From contig OZ024749.1 of assembly GCA_964016885.1 (NCBI GenBank), positions 5,208,001 through 5,272,000 of the forward strand: a stretch of 64,000 nt of DNA. Reading direction: 5' to 3'. Each line of letters opens with the position of its first letter. Positions within the stretch are counted from its first letter, which is position 1. Below, in pieces: positions 51,509 through 64,000 of the stretch. The position numbers and the translations under genes were made by a program. The notes beneath the pieces are model-generated. The model made no database searches, was not told the origin of the DNA, and worked only from the letters and a program-made list of their open reading frames with translations. Source of the stretch: Eledone cirrhosa (Eukaryota).

Positions 51509-51978
51509 TTATGTATATATATAAAGGTGTGTGTTTGTGTGTGTGTGCATAAATTGTATGGGTGAAAGGTGTTTTTGGTTTTGCTTCAAATTTATCTTCT
51601 CTGTTTTTTGTTTTCTAAATTTTCTAATCCACACTTGAACCTTGCTCAATCCGGTTTTTGATAACTTACGATCGTTCAGATGCTAGCTAATATATTCTAC
51701 GTTCTTCGATATAAAATAAATGGAAAGGATTTCGTATCACACAATTTCGGAAGCTTCTACAATATATTTCTTTTGGTTAATTTTTGTGCTACTTTCTTTT
51801 ATTGTTGTTGTAATCTTTACACGCTTTTCTTCAGGATACTGCAGACTTTCTCGATCTCTACTTTATTTAGATCCAGTTCTAGATATCTCACACTCGTTCA
51901 TATTTTAGCTTATATGGACTATAATCTTAGTTATGAAACAGGAATAAGTTATCACTCACACACACTTTGGGAACCTAG

Positions 51979-52030
<52 letters not shown>

Positions 52031-53099
52031 CTTTATCTCCCTTCTCTTTATCCACACTGGCAACATATTACAATCTTTACTTTATATCAATCCATGTTTT
52101 CTACAACGTACATTTATTTACGCTCTAGCTTCTATATTCTATATTCTTCTACATAGGCTGTGTGTAAGGAACAATCATATGGCACCCTTATCTACGAGAA
52201 ATACGCAGTATATATAAAGGCAGCTGTACACATGTTTTCATGAAATGGGACTGCCTATGTAACAAGGCCATTTGATCACAATACATGGGGATCGCTAGGA
52301 TAAGGCTCTTCTCCACAGATATATATTTTGTGTAGTCAAGTCATTTCAAAAGTATCTTTATAGAAGGAAAACATAGAGATAATCAATACACTATAAAATA
52401 ATGGATATTAGTTCGTTTGTAGACCACGTAGTACGGCAATGGAAGGACATACATATACCCACAAATAAAGTAGATACTATAACGACAGAAAATTATCTTC
52501 CATCCTTCATTGGTCGACAATTAAACTACCAGTCTAAAACGGGTTTCAACTTCAATCCTTTGAGCATCTGTGGTTTGCATTTCAGTTTTGTTTTGTCTCA
52601 TTTCGTTCTTCGTTCAAATCTGCCTTGATCTCTTGGATGGTAGGCTTAATCCGTTCACCACTATAATAAAAGTACCCGTCCTAACTTTGCATTTGACTGA
52701 AATGAATCAAGGAAACAGATTCCCCCTTAATGCTAACGAATAAAAAATAAAATATAAGGATATAAATGTCTGGATCACATCTGACATCGGACCAGTATGA
52801 CACCTGACGAACGCGACATAGGCCTGCCGGATAAAACCTCACCTGGCACTACACCTCACCAAAAATAATAACATAAATTACAAGCAAATTACGAGTTCAA
52901 ACGGTGTTTAAATATTAGCGTTTTCTTTACATGAAAAGACATTGCCTATGTTTCTCAGTTCGCTCGGAAACGTTAAAAAATCATCTTCAGATAGATTTAG
53001 TAGCCTAAACAGCTCCTTCGCTATTAAATTGGTGTTTTGAATGTATGTGTGTGTGTATCTCGTACGTATGAGTGTCAATAAGTGAGTTTTTATTATTTT

Positions 53100-55609
53100 T
53101 TTTTTCTTTATGCGCGGGGACATAGAAATAGTCGGGCTGGATACCCGATCACGCAGTTAAACCACTGGGAATGAAGAACCCCAAGCCCTTTGTCAGGGCA
53201 TTCTTCAAGGAGAAGGCATCTCAAGAAACTGGGTTAACTCCGACATAAAACCTGCGGCTCTGTAGTTACCGATGATGTTGATCTTTTCTTCTTTTCGAGT
53301 TATAGCTACTGTCGCTCAGAGAGTGGGATTGGCTCTGTACACAGTCTTTCCTCACTTTAAAAATATTCTTCACGCACAGGCATTGCACGAGTGCATTAAT
53401 AATTATTAATAGTGTACTATTATTATTATTATTATTATTATTATTTATTTTTTTCCCCAATTCAATGATGTTCCAAAACAATATAGAAGAGATAATTGGC
53501 AATAAGCATTCTGTAACAAAAGAGATAATTGGCAATAGGGCAGGGGCCCCAGATAATCACAGCCTGGGCCCGCTCGTCATCGTGCAACTGTAATAGAGCC
53601 AAACAAGACATTGAGTCTTGGCTGCTGGAGCGTACGGACGCTGCTTGACCGGATCCCTTGGAACGTCCTGAACGAAGGACCGCTCTTGTTGCAAAGGAGC
53701 TTCGACGTTACGATCTTGACATCGTGGCTTTATCTGAGACGAGGATAGCTGGAGAGGGTCATCTTACAGAATCTTGTGGAGAATATACATTCTTCTGGAA
53801 AGGAAGAGATGAAGGAACCAGAAGAGAGGCAGGGGTAGCATTTGCTGTTAAGATTGCTCTTGTGGATAAATTAGAAGTATTCCCAGTGTCTTATGTCCAT
53901 GAGAATTCCGCTGGACAAAGGAATATATGCGACCCTGGTGAGTGTGTATGCTCCAACTATGAATTCTCTCGATGAAGAAAAAGTGTCCTTTTACCATGCC
54001 TTGAAAGGTGTTTTATGAAATATCCTTCAGGCAGACAACGTCAACGTGCTTGGTGACTGTAATGCTAGAGTGGGTAGGGATTTTAACACATGGAATGTAA
54101 TCGGAAGGCATCGGGTGGGAAAGTGTAACAGCAATGGTATGCTCCTACTGCAGATGTGTGAGGAGCTGGATCTGTGTGTTACCAGCACCATGTTTCAACA
54201 AAAGAACAAATTTAAGACTACATGGATGCATCCTGCATCTATGGAATTGGATCTTTTGGACTACGTCATTGTCAGGATGCGTGACAGAAGGGATGTGCAA
54301 TGTGTTCGTGCTCTTCATGGAGCTGAGCGCTGGACGGACCACTGCCTGGTGCGCGCAAAATTGAAACTAATCACTAAACGTAAAATCCGGGCTCCTGGTG
54401 TTACCCTGCCCAGAAGTTTGAATGCTGGTCATCTTAGGGATAAAAATGTGAAGAGGACATTGCGAGAAGAGATGGTTTAATGCGAATGATGAACATATAG
54501 AAGACTTGTTGGCTGATAAGAAGCGTGCTCTGTTAATTGCCCCTGGTAAGCAGTACAGTGAATCAAATATCTATGTGTATGGTAAACAACTTGGAGTGGT
54601 TGATCAGTTTGTCTATCTTTGAAGCACTGTCAATCGATACAGCAACCTTGATAATGAGATCCCACTCAGGATTAGGAAAGCAAGTGATGCTTTCGGAAAG
54701 CTAGAAAGGCGATTCTGGGGTCGGCGAAACATATGCAAGAAGACAAAGGTAAAGGTGTACAAGGCATGTGTGCTCTCTTCTCTTCTTTATGCCTGCGAGA
54801 CCTGGGTCACATATAGACACCACCTTAAGCAATTGGAGCGTGTCCATCAGATGTGTCCCAGTCGGATACATGGCGTTCACTGGAGGGACCACATCAGTGA
54901 TGTCGAGATTTTGGAAAGCTCTCTGTGTAAAAGTATAGAAGCCCTTGTACTTAAACAAAGACTCCATTGGAGTAGTCACCTTGCCAGGATGAAGGATTCT
55001 AGAATACCAAAACAACACTTTTATGGAGAGTTAGTTAAAGGAAAACGACCTCCACATAAACCAAAAAAGAGGTATAAGGATTCCTTGAAATCCTCTCTGA
55101 AAGACGCTAACATCTCTGCTGATACACGGGAACATATTGCTGCTGATCGTAATAAATGGAGAAAGACTGTATATGAGGTGAAAGTTGCCTTTCAGGCATC
55201 TCGAATCGCATACGAGAAAGTAAAGCGGGATGTGAGGAAGGGCATTGCTGTTGCACTTCCACACGGCGAAGGTCCTCCTATGGTGCTGACATGCAGCGTA
55301 TGTGCGAGACTCTGCCTAAGCAAAACTGGACTCGAATGTCATCTTCGCAGTCATAAAGTAAGACCAGTGGCTGACTACCAGGCTGCTGTTGGAGATGCTA
55401 CTCATCATGCTTGCCAAACATGTGGTAGAGAATGTAAATCAGCAGGAGGGCTCAAACGACATGCAAGAGTACACGCACTCCAACCACAGCCGACTATTCC
55501 CAGTGAATGTTTTGGTTGCCGACTCTGTGCAAGACATTTTAGATCATTGGCTGGGCTAAAAAGCCACATTCGATCGCAGCGCTGTTAGTTGCTATCGTGT
55601 GTGTGTGTA

Positions 55610-55677
<68 letters not shown>

Positions 55678-55687
55678 TGTGTGTGTA

Positions 55688-55726
<39 letters not shown>

Positions 55727-55845
55727 GTGTATATTATTATTGTTGTCGTTATTGTTGTTGTTGTCGTTGTTATTATTATGGTGTTTTTTTGTTTTTTTTT
55801 CTAGTGCAATGGCCATAATTTATAACGTGGGGGCAGCCCTCATAT
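53100..55845 (+). mobile_element. RTE-clade LINE with internal deletion of the RT core
   Basis: 5'UTR-like 53100-53390; APE endonuclease (RRTALVAKELRRYDLDIVALSETR, VSVYAPT, LGDCNARVG, TTWMHP, LLDYVIVR, WTDH) 53600-54480; post-RT thumb (YKACVLSSLLYACETW) and C2H2 fingers to 55588; tail gcagccctcat(AT)n; frameshifts and stops. Confidence 0.9.
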
Positions 55846-55929
55846 ATATATATATATATGTGTATATGTATATATATATGTATATGTATATAAATATGTA
55901 TGTATATATATATGTATATAAATATGTAT

Positions 55930-55961
<32 letters not shown>

Positions 55962-56053
55962 GTATATAAATATGTATGTATATGTATATAAATATGTATG
56001 TATATATATATAAATATGTATGTATATATATATAAATATGTATGTATATATAT

Positions 56054-56109
<56 letters not shown>

Positions 56110-56445
56110 GTATATGTATATGTATATAAATATGTATGTATATATATATATATATATGTATATGTATATAAATATGTATGTATATATATATATATATGTA
56201 TATGTATATAAATATGTATGTATATATATATATATATGTATATGTATATAAATATGTATGTATATGTATATAAATATGTATGTATATATATATATATATG
56301 TATGTATATATATATATATATGTATGTATATATATATATATATGTATATATATAAATATGTATGTATATATATATATATGTATGTATATATATATATATA
56401 TATATGTATGTATATATATATATATGTATATATATAAATATGTAT

Positions 56446-56479
<34 letters not shown>

Positions 56480-57166
56480 TTATGTCAGGTCACCAGTTGG
56501 TGCTACTGGTAACATGTATCCCAGTACAACCTGTCTCATGGTCGGGTCGTTGGCGACTAAACTGGCAACCCCACCAAGGTTTCTTGGTGAGGAGGGTGAC
56601 TTTGGACATCCTGCAGGACTAAAAACAAAACCTGTCAAAGGGCAAAGGAGCTCTTAAGAGTCAATGGCCATCCAAAATCACCGGGAGAGATGACCCCTTA
56701 GCCTTTGTCAAGGCAGAATTCTAGGAGAAGGAAAACTCTGATATAACACCTGCAACCCTGATGGTATCCAATGATGTTGACTTGTTCTTCTTTTTGGTAA
56801 ATATCATCTTGGTTAAGAGAGTGGGACTGGCTTTGTGCAGTGCCTTTGCTTACTATAAAAGCTTCACGGCACAGGCATTGCTTTATATCTGGAGATCTCT
56901 CTGCACTTGTCGTCACATGGTACCATGGGCCCAGCACTATGTGTCAATAATTGTCACAAGTGTAGTGTTTGTACCAGAGTTTTCAAGTCACTGGCTGGAC
57001 TAAAAAGTCACACTCGTTCAGCGCATCGGTAGGGGTTCTCCTACATGGATATAAAGTAGTGGCCGTACTCGAAAACGAGTTGGCAGCCACCATATGTATA
57101 TATATATATATGTATATGTATATAAATATGTATGAATATATAAATATGAATATATAAATATGTATG

Positions 57167-57201
<35 letters not shown>

Positions 57202-57282
57202 GTATATATATATATGTATATATATATATGTATATATATATATATGTATATATATATATGTATATATATATATGTATATATG

Positions 57283-57321
<39 letters not shown>

Positions 57322-57370
57322 GTATATATATATGTATATATATGTATATGTATATATATGTATATATATG

Positions 57371-57401
<31 letters not shown>

Positions 57402-57482
57402 GTATATATATATGTATATATATATGTATATATATATATATGTATGTATATATATGTATATATATATATATGTATATATATG

Positions 57483-57513
<31 letters not shown>

Positions 57514-57524
57514 GTATATATATG

Positions 57525-57556
<32 letters not shown>

Positions 57557-57700
57557 TGTATATATATGTATATATATATATGTATATATATATATGTATA
57601 TATATGTATATATATGTATATATATATATGTATATATATATATATGTATATATATGTATATATATATATGTATATATATATATATGTATATATATATATG

Positions 57701-57731
<31 letters not shown>

Positions 57732-57745
57732 GTATATATGTATAT

Positions 57746-57791
<46 letters not shown>

Positions 57792-57803
57792 GTATATATA
57801 TGT

Positions 57804-57849
<46 letters not shown>

Positions 57850-57861
57850 GTATATATATGT

Positions 57862-57893
<32 letters not shown>

Positions 57894-57916
57894 GTATATA
57901 TATATGTATATATATG

Positions 57917-57966
<50 letters not shown>

Positions 57967-57994
57967 TATATGTATATGTATATAAATATGTATG

Positions 57995-58043
<49 letters not shown>

Positions 58044-58384
58044 GTATATAAATATGTATGTATATATAAATATATATATATGTATATGTATATAAATATG
58101 TATGTATATGTATATAAATATGTATGCATATGTATATAAATATGTATGTATATATATATATATGTATATGTATATAAATATGTATGTATATGTATATAAA
58201 TATGTATGTATATATATATATATATATATATGTATATAAATATGTATGTATATATGTATATGTATGTATATGTATATAAATATGTATGTATGTATATGTA
58301 TATAAATATGTATGTATATATATATATATATGTATATAAATATGTATGTATATATGTATATATATATATATGTATATAAATATG

Positions 58385-58430
<46 letters not shown>
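55843..58430. repeat. (TA)n-TG / TAAATATG satellites (55843-56480, 57095-58430)
   Basis: Direct reading. Confidence 0.95.
56485..57095 (+). mobile_element. Non-autonomous RTE-related element (5'UTR-like part plus RTE 3' tail)
   Basis: Homology to 53180-53390 and 2560-2760; agtcactggctggactaaaaagtcaca matches the RTE ORF end (SLAGLKSH); ends gagttggcagccaccat(ATGT/AT)n. Confidence 0.7.
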
Positions 58431-58432
<2 letters not shown>

Positions 58433-58849
58433 TGAAAAAATGGCGTGCTTCGCTGTTGTGAATGTGAACATATGAATGAAAATAGAGCGAGAAACAGGCA
58501 TGTCCATCATCAGTAGTCTGCTGATTATCATTGATATTAATTCGCATTAAAGACTAGATACATAAAATCAGTGCGAGCGATAACTAAGTAAAGTTATCGA
58601 AACAGAGCGAATCGCAAGGGGAAAGTGATATATAATAGTGTATGTATGTATGTGTGTGTATGTGTGTGTGTATGTATGTGTGTTTGTGTATGTATGTGTG
58701 TTTGTGTATGTATTTTTGTATCTATATATAGAGATAGATAGATAGGTAGATAGATATTTACTAATAACATTTCAATAGACCCAATTCATTAATTCAGCTT
58801 TTAAGCTATTTACAGAGCTATTTCGAGAGTTAGTTGTATTATTATTATT

Positions 58850-59272
58850 AGTTGTAGTAGTAGTGGTGGAGTGGTGGTGGTAACAGTATGTGGTAATGGA
58901 GGTGGTGTTGGTAGTAGTGGTAATGGTGATAGTAGTAGTAATGCTGGAGGTGGTGATAGTGATGGTAGTAGTAATGGTGGCGCTGGTGGTGGTAGTGGTA
59001 GTATTAGTAGTATTAATGATGGTAGTGGTATTGGTGGTAGTGGAAGTAGTAATGGTAATAGTGGTAGTGGTGATAGTAGTAGTGGTAGTAGTAATGATGG
59101 TGGTGGCGGTGTTGGTGGTAGTGGTAGTATGAATGATGGTAGTGGTATTGGTGGTAGTGGAAGTAGTAATGGTGGTGGTGGTAGTAGTGGTAGTGGAAGT
59201 AGTAATGGTGGTGGTGGTATATTGGTAGTGGCGGTGGTGGTAGTGGTAGTAGTAATGGTGGTGGTGGTAATG
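58850..59272. repeat. (GGT)/(AGT) trinucleotide low-complexity tract
   Basis: Direct reading. Confidence 0.9.
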
Positions 59273-59961
59273 GGGTTGAACGCCTCAATCAAACAAACCA
59301 AAACCAATGTTATCCAAAATCACCAGAAATCGCCTGTCCTTTCTTTACAAATGTTCAATGACATCGTTATTGACATTCGCCTAAGGAGATTTTAACATGT
59401 TCTATTTATTTTCGACAAGAATTTAGTAGTGACTAATATATTGTTAGGATCTCTTGTTACTTTTTTTATATTATTTTTGGTTTTGTTTAGCAGACAATAT
59501 GAATAATTAACCATATTCTTTAAAGGACCAATTTCTGAATTTCTTCGTAGTCAAAAATTTCTCCTATTCATGCTAATACGGAAGGAAAGAATAGGACATT
59601 CGGACAATGATAAGTAACAAAAATTATCATATAAGTAAATGCGGGAATTATGTCTTAAGAAATTACTGTAGTTTAGGCAGACATGGCACTTGTGAGACTC
59701 GAAGACTCCTTTAGATTGCCCTGCTTGTATAACGAGAGTTGATTAAATACTGTATATATACATATATATATATATACATGTGTGTATGTGTTTAATATAT
59801 AGTATAACTCACACGCCTCCAAATACTTTACGTTGATATATATATATTTGTTCAGGGCTATTATTCTACGTTATCAGACCTTATACGTATTTCTTATTAT
59901 AGTTAATCAACAGATTCGAATGATTTGTTTCTAATATGATACAATATATTTCAATTATGTA

Positions 59962-60700
59962 AGGGCGGTGAATTGGCAGTATCGGTAGAGGGGCGGACAC
60001 CATGCTTTCCAGGATAGTTACGTTCCTTTGAGTTTCTACCTTACGTAGAAGCTAAAATAAATTACCAGTAATGCACTGGAGATCATATAATCGACTTTCT
60101 CTTCCCTTCAAATTAATGGCGTTGTACCTAAAGTAGAAACAATTATTATTAAACTGTCGAAATGGCAGAGTCGTTAGAACGTCGGGTTAAATGTTTCAGG
60201 ATTACAAATCCGGCCATTGCCACTTTCCGACTTAAATCCCGCCGAGGTTAACTTTGCCTTTCATCCTTACTGGGTCGATAAAATAGAGTACCAGTAATGT
60301 ACTGGGTATGCTGGCCTTGTGCCAAAAGTAGAAACAATTATTTAAAGCCCTTTATGGTCTAAGTTCAAATCACGCCGAGGTTACCTTTGCCTTTCATCCT
60401 TAAGGGGTCGATAAAATAAAGTACCAGTAATGTACTGGGTATTTGCTGACCTTGTGGCAAACGTAGAAACAATTATGTATGGTAACAATCCATGATTCTT
60501 GTCCTTTTATCGTAAGAATGAAAGGCAAAGCTACCCTCCGTGTTATCTCAACATAACTCTGCAGAGCAGATTATCCGGCGCTCTACCGATACTGACCCCG
60601 TAAGAATGAAAGGCAGAAATCAGAACGTAATGAGCCGTAACTCTATGCTGAAAATCATATTGTCGGCCGCTCTACCGATATTACCAATCTACCGCCTTAC
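59962..60700. mobile_element. SINE cluster (three + copies to 60478; degenerate - copy at 60500-60700)
   Basis: Repeated SINE heads and cores. Confidence 0.85.
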
Positions 60701-61614
60701 TTCAGCTTAACGATAATGTTAGTTATATAATTAAATCCCTCCAGATTTGTGATAATTTATAAAAATATTTTATAATCATAGCAAAGTCTTTCATTAGAAA
60801 TGTGAGAAAAAAAACAGTTTAAAAGTCGTTGAACACACAGTAGTTATTGTAGGACGCCATTTTGTTTATATTTTCTCGCTGCTGTTGTATATTATAAGTA
60901 TCATTTCCCTTATCTTCTGCTGTACATAATCCAGTTTTAATTTCCATATTCCATCACAGTGTGGTTCAACACCCGTTAATGTTGCTGTGTCTGCCATTGT
61001 TTTGGGACCATTTTCATTTTATATGTGTTTGTTTTGTTATTTCTTTGTTTTTCTACAGAACTTGTTGTTGTTTGTTTGATTGTTAATTTTTTAGCAATCT
61101 CCGTGTAAACACTTTCGCCATCTTGTTCGTGGGAGGCAGTGCTGCGGAGATGTCCCGGCCAGCCAAAGACGTAGAATTTATGCTCTCACTATTTGTCCAG
61201 TTTTTTTTTTCTTTTCATTTTTGTTTACTTTATATATATTTTTTTCTATGATTCTGCTGTTGTTTGTTTTTTTGATCTGATTTTTAGCTTCAATATTTTA
61301 CTGTTTCTTTCAAATATTTCTTTCTTCTCAAAGAGACGCCTACACTTTAGAAAAGTATGTTATCGTGTATGTGTGTAATCCAAACTGCTTTTGATGATAT
61401 CCAGTGAAGACTGTTCTATTATTTCTATATAGATACTATTTTTCAATGTATTATTAAATGTAGATAGTGGCCTATGTTTACATTTCGCTAAGTAAAGTTA
61501 GGTCTTCTTACAATTTTCGGTTTCAAATTTTTGTTGAACATTTTCTTTCCGTTTCACATATCATTATTTTCTATGTGAATGGGCCAGTTTGCATGTAGTA
61601 TTGAGGGAGGACAA

Positions 61615-62005
61615 CTAGAATAGAGAGTCGGTCAGCATACTTTGTGGCATGTAGTTATGACCCTTTACATTCAGAGTTCAAATCCCACCGAGGTTAGCTT
61701 TGCATTTCATCCTTACAGGCTGGATAAAATAAGGTACCAGTCAAGTACTGGGGTCGATTTAATCAACTTTCCACTCTCCTAAAATTGCCTAAATCAGAAA
61801 AAATTTTTATCATTATTACAGAGTGGATTGGCAGTATCGGTAGAGGGTCGGACGCCATGCTTTCCAGCATAGTTACGTGCCTTTACGATCTGAGTTCAAA
61901 TCCCACCGAGGTTGACTTTGCCTTTCATCCTTACGGGGTCGATAAAATAAAGTACCAGTAATGCACTGGGTAATTGCTGGCCTTGTGCCTAAAGTAGAAA
62001 CAATT
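61615..62005 (+). mobile_element. Two tRNA-derived SINEs; the second (61822-62005) is near consensus
   Basis: A box TGGCAGTATCGG (61829), B box GAGTTCAAATCC (61892), core gcctttcatccttacggggtcgataaaataaagtaccag resembling the Meta/Sauria-SINE central domain, (ATT)n tail. Confidence 0.9.
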
Positions 62006-62624
62006 ATTATCATTATTATAATTATCATTATTATTATTGTTGTTGTTGTTGTTGTGATGATTATTGTCATCGTTTCTTCAAAATGATCATGCGAGTTTCT
62101 CCTGCATCACCGATTTCACTTTCAAATTCCCCTTTTTTTACCGTTTATCTTTCTGTTTTTCTTCTTATTCGTCTTCTTTTTTTTCTTTTTCTTTTTCTTT
62201 TTCTTTTTCTTTTTCTTTTTCTTTTTCTTTTTCTTCTTCTTCTTACTATTGCTGTTGTTGTTATCTCAATTTGAAAGGGAGAGAGATATATGTTGATAAT
62301 ATGTCTGTAACAATGAGGACGATGATCTTTAGGATGATTGCTGTGGTAGGTCTGATAATAATAACAAACAGAGCTGATGACGGCGATGATGATGATGATG
62401 ATGGTGGTCATATGAATGACGTACGTGGTAGTGGTGATGATAAATAATATTATGATGAACACGAACATCACCACCATCCCCACCACCACCACAATCGTCG
62501 TCGTCGTCGTCATCATCATCATCATCATCATCATTATTATATCTACCTTTTAACAAACTCATTCTCAACAGCAACTGTACATTTAGCAATGTGAACTTCA
62601 TCACCATCACGAAAAAAAATAAAA

Positions 62625-62663
<39 letters not shown>

Positions 62664-63029
62664 TTGTTCGTCATGATGACGATGAGCTGGGTGATGATCA
62701 CAAAGATGCTGATACTCATCATCATCATAATCATAAACAACATCATCATCATCATCGTCGTCATCATTATCCCGATAGTTTCTCCTCATGTTGTCGTTGT
62801 TCTCGTTGTAAAAATGGTGGTCGATATTTTAAATTGATTTTGTGTTGATCGTGCATTGATGTTACCGTTATTGTTGTTCAGTTTATTTGCCATCATTTTT
62901 TAAACGAACATCAAATAATTTGATCGCCCATTTTTTTTCTCATCTAGAATTTTCTAATTTCTATATGTATATTAAACAAACCTTTGAAGTTGATGAATAG
63001 AATCATTTTATTACATAGAGAGGAAGCCA

Positions 63030-63030
63030 A

Positions 63031-63098
<68 letters not shown>

Positions 63099-63134
63099 AC
63101 ACACACACACGCACACACACATGCACACACACAT

Positions 63135-63168
<34 letters not shown>

Positions 63169-63631
63169 GCGCACACGCACGAACACACACACTTACGCAC
63201 ATCTTACACACTCGCCCACCTCACATAAAGAATTATCCTGACGTTAAAATTGAATCATAACATTTTAGATACACACACACACAGACAATCTCAGACATTT
63301 ATATATATATAAGTGTACATAATTTTACATGCATCCGCATACACATCTACACGTAGACAAGCTGACACCCACATACACATCTACTGACATACTCCTTTGC
63401 ACATATACAAACACATACACGTATTTAGAGCAAGTGGCTATATTTACATGGCTGTACACATACACATACTCAGAGAGAGATGGATAGATGTAGAGAGGGA
63501 GAGAGAGAGAGTGTATGTATATGTGTGTGAGAGAGAGAGATGGTGAGACAGAGAGGCACAGATAGAGATAGAGAGAAATAGAGAGTGAGAGAGAGACATA
63601 GATAGAGATGGAGAGAGAGATAGAGAGAGAG

Positions 63632-63665
<34 letters not shown>

Positions 63666-63860
63666 TGTGGAGACAGAAATAGAGAGTGAGAGAGAGCCAG
63701 ACAGTGACAGAGAGTCATAAAGAGAGAGAGAGAGAGACATAGAGTGAGATAGAGACATAGAGAGAGTGAGAGAGACATACAGTCCCACACACTTACATGT
63801 AAATACATACATATATACACCCACAAGTTTAGAAACACACACACACACACCAATACATAT
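63030..63860. repeat. (CA)n and (GA)n microsatellite tracts
   Basis: Direct reading. Confidence 0.9.
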
Positions 63861-64000
63861 AAAACATATACACAACCAGGTATACATATATAGTAGGGAA
63901 GGAAGTAGACTATTACTACACTACTAAAAGATATGTGTCTTTGTATAGACGGTTGTATGTGTGTTTGATGATTTATATATAGTGTGTGTGTGTGATTGAG

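Noticed and set aside
56488-56570. HDV-like ribozyme at the 5' end of the RTE-derived element (GG-gtcg..cgaC-TAA-ACTGG)
   Set aside because: P2- and P4-like pairings are present but P1 and P3 could not be formed convincingly by eye
58810-59395. Gly/Ser-rich and Pro/Leu-rich ORFs
   Set aside because: Low-complexity GGT/AGT repeat
61822-61910. tRNA gene (A and B boxes)
   Set aside because: Head of a multi-copy SINE; no cloverleaf

Overview
AT-rich, extremely microsatellite-dense animal genomic DNA. The SINE, microsatellite and retroelement content strongly suggests a cephalopod such as Octopus; this is an inference. No complete host gene can be recognised. Main contents: (1) a young, 5'-truncated Penelope-like retroelement of the Naiad type (uninterrupted RT + GIY-YIG ORF, 38667-40781) bracketed by ~545-bp inverted pseudo-LTRs, each carrying a minimal hammerhead ribozyme; (2) at least three further hammerhead motifs in short TA-embedded elements; (3) several asymmetric fold-back elements whose symmetry axis lies at or next to hammerhead helix II, and TA satellites whose interrupting motif matches the last bases of the adjacent element; (4) RTE, R4/Dong and L1/Tx1 LINE relics, including a twin-primed inversion and an RT-deleted RTE with three C2H2 fingers; (5) about 20 tRNA-headed SINE copies and several MITEs; (6) a 45-bp minisatellite with a 180-bp higher-order repeat that is open on both strands; (7) a few candidate minus-strand exons. 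Almost all other ORFs in the track are simple-repeat artefacts.
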